Source: Paraspadella gotoi (Eukaryota; Animalia; Chaetognatha). Taken from it: a stretch of 64,000 nt of DNA. Positions 40,469-51,800 of this stretch are shown here, piece by piece. Numbering within the stretch: the stretch's first letter is position 1; each line of letters begins with the position of its first letter. The translations under genes and the position numbers were made by a program. The stretch lies in contig CM119267.1 of the NCBI GenBank assembly GCA_051294375.1, forward strand, positions 22,941,486 to 23,005,485. The letters are read 5' to 3'. The notes beneath the pieces are model-generated. The model was not told where the DNA came from, did no database searches, and saw nothing but the letters and a program-made list of their open reading frames with translations.

Positions 40469-43400
40469 TCAAGCGACTTCGTGCATGAGCGCGTAGGGTT
40501 GAAATAGTTTTTCCATCTGTGGACGAGGAGGTTCATCCTTTGAGTCTTCGCGAGTCGTAAAGTTTATCGGAGCGTCGTTGGGGGAGCCACAGGCGCGACT
40601 GTTGCCTGAAGACCCGCTTGAGCGTCGATGCGGACTTGACTTCGAAGCCGACGAGGAGATATCTCCGTAAGGGGCCGAATGTTCTGCGTCAATGTGGGAT
40701 AAAGCTCATAAATGTCTTTTGTTTTTTAAAAAAAGTTTGCGCAGTCGGTCGCTTCGCCATCTGGATTTCTGAACGAACATCCCGAAATAAAAAAAAGGCT
40801 AGCTTTTATATCATTTTAAAAAAATGATTGAATTGGTAACTTTGAAGCCGATTTCTATATTTTAAAAATAATTTGCCCACGTGACCGCGATTTTTAAATG
40901 ACTAAAACTCTTTAATAAAAATAAATATCGCTCTGAAGGACCATCTAAACCAATGACTAACCTACCCTCTCCTCCCATCTCCCCAAATTTCTAACCCCCC
41001 CACGCGCATGTATCCCGCTCACCATTGGCGTAGTCGTTGTTGTTTCGACTCGATCTCTCTCTGAAGAGAGAGAGGTAAGATGGAGAAAGAGGAAGAGGAG
41101 GAGGAGGAGCCACCGAGCCGGCGCCCATTTCGATCTTCGAAGCCTCCTGCGTCGACCCCCTCCCGTCCGCGGCAGCCGCTGCGCCATGCGGCGGAGAACG
41201 CGGCGGCGGCAACGGCGGATCGAGGCCGACTCTCGGCGAACCGGAAGGAGGGGCTGGCGGATGATGTGCAAAAGGAGGAGGAGGAGGAGGCGCCGCTCCG
41301 ACGGCCGGAAAGCCCGACCGGGCCGGAAGCACGCCCGGCTTAGGTGCGCCTCCGCCAGCGGCGTAACCGGCGGCAGCCCGCTGCAAGTTGAGGCTGGCGA
41401 AGTAGCCGAGAGACGATGCCGGAGATCCGGCAGCCGTCGGCGGCGTGGACGGCGTCGGCGGCGGCGGCTGAACGCAAGCGGCGGCCGCTGAGACGTTGGC
41501 GGCGGCGGCGGTGTAAACTAGGAATGGAGAATAAAGTTTAAAAGTTAAAACAAACGAAAAAGGAAAACAAAATACGTACAAAATGAAAAAAAAACATATA
41601 TTGTTGAATTGTAGAGTAACAGACCTTGGTATCCGGGGACGCCGGCCGCCGAAGCTGCCGCCGCCGCCGCGCTCAACATATAAGCGTAGAAGGAAGGGTC
41701 ACCGTATGGCCACATCAAAGCCATGCGTTGACGCTTATCTTTCATGCGCCGATTTTGAAACCAGACCTGGAGAAAATTTATAGAGTGATTTTTTATTGTC
41801 TATTTATTTATTTATATAAATATTAATTTATATTCGTTAATTTAATTATTTGATTAATAATTTATGTATTTATTAGTTATCGATTTCTTCAGTTATTAGT
41901 AATTATTAAATCATTGGATGATTGATTGACCGATTGGACTAACTGATCCACTGATCGGGGTATTGATTGATTAATTCATCGATTGATTGATTGATTCCCA
42001 CAGCCCACCTTGATCGTAGATTCCGGCAGATTGAGGCTGGCTGCCAGCTCGCACCGTCTCGGTCTAGAGACGTAGTTCTCTTTATAAAATTCTTTTTCCA
42101 ATCGATTGAGTTGTTCTTTCGTGAAGGCCGTGCGGTAGCGACGGACCGTGCCGTCCGGGTTCAGTTGCGACCCTGGGGAGGTTTCGAGGGAAATATTTAG
42201 GTCGGTCAGTCGGGAAGAATCTGCATCACGTCGAGATGGCGATATGCGTGGGGTATATGTAGTTGTTGAGAATTTGTTTTAAATTATGAAAGCGCATTGA
42301 CAGTTGAGATGAAAACGTCGAGCAAAATATATTTAAAAAATCGATTTCATTCTACTACAATGTGGCATTAATTTTTTTAGGGAGAGATCTTTCATTTCCA
42401 TTCATAAAAAAAATTTATATTGAAAACAATTTCAAACAACGTCAAAAAGTTTTTTACGACCGGAGTTTGAACAGAGGGAGCAAAATATATAATTTCTTAG
42501 TCTTAAAAGAATTCGATTGGCGATTTTTTTAAAAATTTTTTAAGCAATAAATGACCGAAATCTCCAATGGAGACAAAACAACGACGACAACAACAACGAC
42601 AACAACTCACCTCCGTTAAAATCGCTTCCTGGCGAGATCGCCTCTTGGTCGTCGTTGTCGCTCGTCGTCATCATCGTCGTCGTCGGCGTCGTCGATTCGT
42701 CCTTTGTTCTTTTATCCAGATTCGAAACTGCGACGATTTCTTCCTCGACCGCCAGAGGTCGAGGAGGTTCGAGTTTTGGCGGGGAATCTGAAAATAGGAT
42801 AGTTTTTATTTTTAAGTCTTAATATAATTACTATTCTATTATGTTATATTCACACAATATAAATATTATCTAGTCGTTTAATAAATAGGCTATCTTGCCC
42901 CTGATTTTGGACAGGCTATTTTGGGCCTCCATCACTTTTACAAGATCCTGCTGTCTTTTAATTAAGACTCTCACAGTCTCGTTTGATAACTCCCAGAGTG
43001 CTTTGCTTCCCTATCAATAAAGTATAATATTTCAAACTATGTATGTTTCAATTGTATAAAAGGGCCACTCCCTAAAGTTAACTCACCGCCGTCCTCCAAC
43101 GCCAACGGCGACTTCGCCGTTTTTCGTCGTCGTCTTCGTCTCTCGAAATCTTCGTCGTCGTCGTCGTCGCTGTCGCCGCCCTTTTCGCCGCCGATTAAAC
43201 CGCCGTCGGCCGCCACGCCGGCGGCCTTTGATGGCGGCGACGATGGCGGCGGCGGCGGAAACGCTTCCGGCGGCGGGAGCGGCGGTCCGGCGACGAAAGG
43301 GTGGGGATAAGGGGGCGGGAAAATTCCGCCGTGGGCGTGGCCGGTGGGTGGGGCTGGGAGTGAATCCATCGGGGCTGAGATGAGGGAGAGAAAGAAAATG

Positions 43401-46252
43401 GGAGAGTCGAAGTCTTTCTGTCTCTCTGTCTTTCTCTCGCTTTATCTCGCTCTCTAAGGCTCTTTGATTCTTCATCATTATATATAACTTTTGATTTTGA
43501 ATAATATCTCCTTCCAATATAAGCAATAATCAAATTAGTAAATCTCCTTCTTCAACTAATTAAAACTTTTTAAATACAGAATTTCTCCATAATACATTTA
43601 CCCATAAAATAAGGATTCATGAGCAGCGAAGCCGGATAATATGGCGGCAGCGGCGGACGCAGCAGCGGCGGCGGGGGCGGCGCTGCTGGAGCCATGGGTG
43701 GCTTGTTAAAAGCGGCGCTCAAGTCCTCCGGCGTCGCCAGGGACGACGCGGTCGACGAAGCCAACGACGCCGGAGATTGAAGATTGAATTGAGTCTTGAG
43801 ATCGACGGCGGATTTGGGAAATTGATCTGAGAGAAACAAATGAACATCGAGCGGATTATTTTTGCTTCTTTTCTCTTTTATTCTTACTTAATTTAGTTTT
43901 ATTTCTTTTTTATTTTCTTCTGCTTTATTTTATTTTATTTAAGAATTAACTCTTAAGTTCATTGGTCTGGGTCAGTGGGTGTTTTCAAACGCCCCATTAG
44001 TAGATTTACTAATATGTACGTATATTTTTTTTGTATGAGACGAGATAATGCACATTTATTTTCTCATTTATTTTTTTCAGAGTATTATTTAAAAGGTCAC
44101 GTTTTCAAATTTTAAGTTGGTGATCTGTTGTTGAACAGATTTAGTGATTTCATTATGAGATAAACTGTGAATTACCATAAGGTGAAATAACAAGATTTCA
44201 CGTAGAATACATGACGAGATGCAATTCCATCAGCTAATAACCTTTAGGTACCGGGATCGATCCCCGAAGGTACCTAACCTGCCGGAAGCGAGTGGACGGC
44301 CGTAGACCGCCTTGAGGGCCCGTAAAACTTGTCCCAAGCCCAGGACCGGATCTATTGCTGCTCCCTGCAAGAGAGCTTTAAAAAATTGCGGACAGCATTT
44401 TTCAGCCCCCTTAGCGCCTTATCCACAAAATGATATCTTTATTTTTATATTCTTTTTAGAATAAATCCGCTCTTGATTCGAACTTACGCCTTCTGAAGTA
44501 ATCGTGTCTCAAGAAAAGACAGAAAAACTAATAGACAATTTTGTTGAAAATTGAATTATATATATACTTTGCATAATTTGCACAACTTTTAATAATCGTT
44601 CAAATGAGTTAACAAAAAAAAGGGAATTGTATTAAATCAAAATAAAAACTTGTTAAAAAGACATAGATCATAGGAAAAAAAAACTTTGACTTCGTCTGAG
44701 TCCTTTCATCGCATTCCTTCAACATCAGCATAATTTGTTCCGCGATTCTTCTTTTGTTTGGCAACGACTCCAGCTTCACCCGCTCCAGCATTTCGTTCAA
44801 CTGTCGGTCCACGATTTCGTTATCATTTCCATTGGCGTCACTTTGGCCACTTTCCCGCTTTTTGCCATTTTCGTGCCACTTTTTACATCGAAGTTTCTCA
44901 TCGGAATTTTTAAGATATTGATCCGATTCCTCGAAGCTGCATGTTGTACGTCAACGGAAAAAAAATATTAAAAAAAAGTAAAAAATTTGGGTCTCTTTTC
45001 CAAAAGCGCCCTATTTCTGTTCCTGAATCACTAAACTTAATTTTTATTTTGATATTTTACCCTAATTTTACCCTAATCTTTAACCCTGATTTTTAGCCCT
45101 AATCCCCAACCCTAATCTAATCTTTAACCCTAACCCCTAAGCTTAAACCTTAACATATTCTCTAACCTCAATCTTTAATTTAATCTTTAAACCTGAAATT
45201 TAACTTAATTCTAAATTCAAGATGAAATGGGGCCTTCTGGGGAAATGAGACCAAAAATTTTACGTGATCATTTTAAGCGAATAATTTTAATAATTTTAAT
45301 AATTACCTGTCGCAAAAACTGAAGCCCTCTTCGTCGGAACACTCCGACCCCTCCAACCGCTCCAACTGCCTCGACCGCTCTCTTTGCTCCAACCACTCCA
45401 ACTGATCCAACTCTGAATTCAATTTTCTCAATTCTTTCTTCAACCCGAGATTTTTCGCTATCAGTTTCTCCGATTCATTTTTCTTTTTTTTCTTTCTCTT
45501 TTCAAATTCCGTTTTTCTCTCTTTATTCTGTTTTTTCTCCAATTTGATGGCAACGTTGAGTTCGTCTATTTCGTCTTCGTCGTCCGACATTGTTGACATC
45601 GGAGTTGGAGAGGTCGTGATGCGATCAGATTGTCTCTCGGCCATAATGTGGGATTTAGGGTCGAATGGACCAATTTGCAATAAAGTTTAAAATTTGAGGT
45701 TCGAAGACGAATTTCGCGACTTTGGGACTTTCGATCTTCTGCAAATAAGCCTCAGGAGGAACTAATGTTGATTCAAGATCTTTTCAGTAAAATCCTTTTT
45801 GAAATTTTATCGAACTGATCTTTTGTTTCAGCGATCGAGTGTAATTCGATGATAAGGACAATTCCACCTTCAGTTAAGATTTTATTTAAAGATTCGCAGA
45901 TAGTGATATAAAAGAATATAAGATATATTAAAGTTATAATATATAGTTATATATATATATATATAGTTATAACTTATATGTACGTAGTTTTTTTCCGATC
46001 TGTGCTCGATCACCCAATCAAATATTTCTTTTACAGTCTGATATTATAGTATAATATTTATATAAACCGTGTGATAGGAAAGTAAAGCGATTAACATTTT
46101 TCGTTATAGCTCAATCTACGATCGAAAGTTAGTTTTTTAAAGTGTAATTAACGAATTATACTACCTCTGATTAACTTTGCATCTACTCTACAGTGAATTT
46201 AAATTTAAAATATAAATTTAGACAATAATGATATCATCACAGATGAATAAAA

Positions 46253-46316
<64 letters not shown>

Positions 46317-46582
46317 AAAATCAACTAACCGCTCCTCAAGGGAGGTGGCATCGACGGCGCCATTGTCGGCGTCATCGTCGTCGGCGGCGGCGCCCCGATT
46401 CCGACGGGACGAAACCCGCGCGGCGGCGACGCTGACTCTAAAGGACGAAAGGGGCGCGCCGCTGGAGGTGGCGATGGCGCCGGACGAGCGGATCGCGACG
46501 GCGGCGTGGATCCGCGGGACGTTGCGGCGTCTGCGACGTCGGCGTCAACAGCGGCGTCGGCAGAAGAATATGTCGTCGCCAT
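40469..46582 (-). CDS. eve: Even-skipped / Evx homeodomain transcription factor, 8 exons, 652 aa
   Basis: Exons 46582-46330, 43826-43602, 43374-43087, 42787-42611, 42172-42009, 41766-41625, 41517-41023 and 40683-40469 join in frame (1959 nt) with GT-AG sites. Homeodomain [46 protein letters not shown]|[14 protein letters not shown], followed by [10 protein letters not shown], an Ala/Pro-rich region and C-terminal KLFQPY (Eve Groucho-interaction-type motif). The homeobox exons are secure; the four upstream exons rest on phase continuity. Confidence 0.93.
44609..45644 (-). CDS. Hypothetical two-exon charged coiled-coil protein (about 221 aa) nested in eve intron 1
   Basis: Exon 45644-45307 (MAERQSDR...GFSFCD, donor AG|gtaatt) and exon 44936-44609 (acceptor catgcag) join in frame. 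E/K/R-rich heptad-like sequence. No recognised homology. Confidence 0.5.
44978..45263. mobile_element. MITE-like element with imperfect inverted ends around degenerate (TAACCC)-like repeats
   Basis: The left end gtaaaaaatttgggtctcttttcc resembles the reverse complement of the right end, gtaaaatttttggtctcatttcc. The core is rich in ccctaa/taaccc variants. Confidence 0.45.
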
Positions 46583-46884
46583 CTTTAAATTTGGGAGACT
46601 AAGAATGAAAAAAATCATTCAGATAAATTTAGAAAATTAAGTTTAAATGCAATCAATGTAATTTTGTCCATTCATTAAATGGAATAAGGTGGGATAATTA
46701 GATAGCATGTCCCTGCATGTCACTGTCAACATAAATATTAAGACGTACGAAAAGTAATATCGACATTATTAATATTAATAATTAATATTATTATAACGGT
46801 TACTAACATATTTAAAGAATTCACTTTTATTCGTTTTCAGACAAAAAAAAAGAATTTTGGGAGAAACGGTGAGGGAGAATGGAG

Positions 46885-47207
<323 letters not shown>

Positions 47208-47543
47208 ATTACTTTCCTTTACTTACCTTTAATTATTTTGAAAATCGGAGAGATCGAAAAAAAGATAAGTTTGATTTTCGCTCGCGAGATTGAAGACGAC
47301 CGTCATTCGGAAAAAAAGAGAGAGACAGAGACAGAGAGAGAGAGAGCGAGAGGGGAACGCGCGCGCGCGCGGAGTAAATGTATTTTTTGTCTCTTAGAAG
47401 CGCGTGAATATACAGAAAGAAAAGGAAGGAAAGGAGGAAGAGCGATGCCGTGTGATCCTTGCGGAAGAGGAAGAGAAATGGAGGATGAAGAGTTCGGAGG
47501 AACGTCCTTCTTTTTTGGTCGAAATGATTGTTTCCGATTCGCG

Positions 47544-47580
<37 letters not shown>

Positions 47581-47936
47581 AGACGACGACAACGCGATGA
47601 GGGTGAGAAACAAGCGATGATTTCATTGGAATTTAATTTCGTTTATCTCTTTTTCTTTTTTTTTTTTAAAATTCTTTATATCTTATTTTTAACTAAGGTT
47701 ACTTTTCTTAATAATTCCTTTTCTTTCTTTCTATCTTTTCTTCCAACATAATGGCATTCTTCTAAAATAAACGCTTCCTTACGATCATTTATGAATTAAG
47801 TATTATAAGTATAACGGTGATTCCATTGTGCCACAGTGGAATCGACAATTGCGACGGAAAAGAACAAACTCCCTTTTTCCTTCGACGCTCGATCCTGATT
47901 CACCTCTCAACATCAATTATTCAACCTTTTTCATTA

Positions 47937-47991
<55 letters not shown>

Positions 47992-48829
47992 CAAAAGGAC
48001 AAAATGGGAATAGTGCTTGTTCCACTCGATCAATCATCCAATCTATTAATCTTTCGCTAATTTCTAATACGAATTATGACAATTTTCGCATATTACAGTC
48101 TCATTGACGAATTACGACAACAAAAAATCACCGCCTTATCTTCTCCGACGCGCCATTTTTTTAGGATTTGTGCTCCCTTTCATATAAGACATCTTTAATT
48201 AAATTTGCATATTGTAGTATTTTGAACTTCATTTCTACTTGGATAAAAAAAAAGAAAACTAGATGAAGAAAAAAACGGATTAAAATTAAAAATGAAAAAA
48301 TATTTTTGAGACATGAATCGGCGGCGAGGATTCGTGATGAAAGGTATGATCGAGAAATGGGTAAGGATATCGAGGGTAAGGAAATCGAAGTGAGGTTTGC
48401 AGGAAAGAATGAGAAATTAAAGTGAGAAAATCCTTCAGTATTTCTATAAGCCTAGGAAGCTTGATAAATCAATGTTGAGCGACGCATGTAAATTATTCAA
48501 TTCTTTAGTAAACAACTTAATGGGCAACGTTTTAGAAATGCAGACTAATTAACATAAAGTTGACAGGCGAAATCAAGTTTATCGTCCTGGTTAGAGTTTC
48601 TTTTAAGAAAAACAACCTGGGAAAAAAAAAAGGTTTTCATTCAAGTTTTGCTATCGTCTATAACTTTACTTCATTAACAGACATATTAACAGACATATTA
48701 TTAACTACGTTCTATTAATCTCTTCTTTAAAATTGAGATTCTAAAAGTATATAATCAGTTAAAATCCATGCTGCAATGAAGTATACAGATTTAGAGAAAA
48801 TCCGTTAGGAAGCATTTTAAAACATTCTC

Positions 48830-48863
<34 letters not shown>

Positions 48864-48888
48864 NNNNNNNNNNNNNNNNNNNNNNNNN
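48864..48888. other. Assembly gap, exactly 25 N
   Basis: Counted directly. Junction of the tandem duplication. Confidence 0.99.
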
Positions 48889-51800
48889 GCGACTCTCTGA
48901 ACCGAAGGAGGGCTGGCGGATGATGTGCAAAAGGAGGAGGAGGAGGAGGAGGACGCCGCTCGCGGCCCGGGAAAAGCCGGACCGGGGCCGGAATGCACGC
49001 CGGCTTAGGTGCGCCTCCCGCCAGCGGCGTAACCCGGCGGCGCCCGCGCAAGTTGAGGCTGGCGAAGTAGCCGAGAGACCGATGCCGGAGATCCGGCAGC
49101 CGTCGGCGGCGTGGACGGCGTCGGCGGCCGGCGGCTGAACGCAAGCGGCGGCCGCTGAAACGTTGGCGGCGGCGGCGGTGTAAACTAGGAATGGAGAATA
49201 AAGTTAAAGTTAAAACAAACGAAAAAAGAAAAAATACGTTCAAAATGAAAAAAACATATATTGTTGGATTGTAGAGTAACAGACCTTGGTATCCGGAACG
49301 CCGGCCGCCGACGCTGCCGCCGCCGCCGCGCTCAACATATAAGCGTTAGAAGGAAGGGTCACCGTATGGCCACATCAAAGCCATGCGTTGACGCTTATCT
49401 TTCATGCGTCCGATTTGAAACCAGACCTGGAGAAAATTTATAGAGTGATTTTTTATTGTCTATTTATTTATTTAATTTAAATATTAATTTATATTCGTTA
49501 ATTTAATTATTTGATTAATAATTTATGATTTATTAGTTTATCGATTTCTTCAGTTATTAGTAATTATAAATCATTGGATGATTGATGACCGATTGGACTG
49601 ACTGATCCACTGATCGGTGAATTGATTGATTAATTCATCGATTGATTGATTGATTCCCACAGCCCACCTTTGATCGTAGATTCCGGCAGATTGAGCTGGC
49701 TGCCAGCTCGCACCGTCTCGGTCTAGAACGTAGTTCTCTTTATAAAATTCTTTTTCCAATCGATGAGTTGTTCTTTCGTGAAGGCCGTGCGGTAGCGACG
49801 GACCGTGCCGTCCGGGTTCAGTGCGACCCTGGGAGGTTTCGAGGGAAATATTTAGGTCGGTCAGTCGGAAGAATCTGCACCACGTCGGATGGCGATATGC
49901 GTGGGTATATGTAGTTGTTGAGAATTTTTTTAAATAATGAAAGCGCATTGACAGTTGAGATGAAAACGTCGAGCAAAGTATATTAAAAAATCGATTTCAT
50001 TCTACTACAATTGGCATTAATTTTTTAGGGAGAGATCTTTCATTTCCATTCATAAAAAAAATTTATATGAAAACAATTTCAAACAATGTCCAAAAAAATT
50101 TTTTTACGACCGGAGTTTGAACAGAGGGAGCAAATATATAATTTCTTAGTCTTAAAGAATTCGATGGCGATTTTTTAAAAAATTTTTTAAGCATAAATGA
50201 CCGAAATCTCCAATGGAGACAAAACAACGACGACAACAACAACGACATAACAACTCACCTCCGTTAAAATCGCTTCCTGGCGAGATCGCCTCTTGGTCGC
50301 GTTGTCGCTCGTCGTCATCATCGTCGTCGTCGGCTTCGTCGATTCGTCCTTTGTTCTTTTATCCAGATTCGAAACTGCGACGATTTCTTCCTCGACCGCC
50401 AGAGGTCGAGGAGGTTTCGAGTTTTGGCGGGGAATCTGAAATAGGATAGTTTTTATTTTTAAGTCTTAAATATAATTACTATTCTATTATTTATATTCAC
50501 ACAATATAAATATTATCTAGTCGTTTAATAAATGGCTATTCTTGCCCACTGATTTTGGACAGGCTATTTTGGGCCTCCATTCACTTTTACAAGATCCTTG
50601 TCTTTTAATTAAGACTCTCACAGTCTCGTTTGATAACTCCAGAGTGCTTTGCTTCCCTATCAATAAAGTATAATATTTCAAACTTATGTATGTTTCAATT
50701 GTATAAAGGGCCACTCCCTAAGTTAACTCACCGCCGTCCTCCACGCCAACGGCGACTTTCGCCGTTTTTTCGTCGTCGTCTTCGTCTCTCGAAATCTTCG
50801 TCGTCGTCGTCGTCGCTGTCGCCGCCTTTTCGCCGCCGATTAAACCGCCGTCGGCGCCACGCGGCGGCCTTTGATGGCGGCGACGATGGCGGCGGCGGCG
50901 GAAACGCTTCCGGAGGCGGGAGCGGCGGTCCGCGACGAAAGGTGGGGATAAGGGGGCGGGAAAATTCGCCGTGGCGTGGCCGGTGGTGGGCTGGGAGTGA
51001 ATCCATCGGGGCTTGAGATGAGGAGAGAAAGAAAAATGGGAGAGTCGAAGTCTTTCTGTCTCTCTGTCTTTCTCTCGCTTTATCTCGCTCTCTAAAGCCT
51101 TGATTCTTCATCATTATATATAACTTTTGATTTGAATAAATCTCCTTCCAATATAAGCAATAATCAAATTAGTAATCTCCTTCTTCAACTAATTAAAACT
51201 TTTTAAATACAGAATTTCTCCATAATACATCATTACCCATTAAAATAAGGATTCATGAGCAGCGAAGCCGGATAATATGCCGGCAGCGGCGGACGCAGCA
51301 GCGGCGGCGGGGGGGCGCTGCTGAGCCATGGGTGCTTTGTTAAAAAGCGGCGCTCAAGTCCTCGGCGTCGCCAGGGACGACGCGTCGACGAAGCCAACGA
51401 CGCCGGGATTGAAGATTGAATTGAGTCTTGAGATCGACGGCGGATTTGGGAAATATCTGAGAGAAACAAATGAACATCGAGCGGATTATTTTTGCTTCTT
51501 TTCTCTTTTATTCTTACTTAATTTAGTTTTATTCTTTTTTTATTTTCTTCTGCTTTATTTATTTTTATTTAAGAATTAACTCTTAGTTCATTGGTCTGGG
51601 TCAGTGGGTGTTTTCAAAACGCCCATTAGTAGATTTACTAATATGTACGTATATTTTTTTTTTATGAGACGAGATAATGCACATTATTTTCTCATTTATT
51701 TTTTTCAGAGTATTATTTAAAAGGTTATGGCAACGGGAGATAGCCTGTGATACCCGGGTCGCGGGGTATCTCACCAACTGGCGTAGGGGCTGCGGACCCT

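Noticed and set aside
44300-44330. GCCCTCAAGG on the minus strand resembling part of U12 snRNA
   Set aside because: Only a 10-nt match; no U12 5' end, branch-pairing sequence or properly placed Sm site.
11689-46582. Non-canonical splice sites or an alternative genetic code
   Set aside because: The junctions I traced are GT-AG and frames close with standard stops; breaks are explained by single-base indels.
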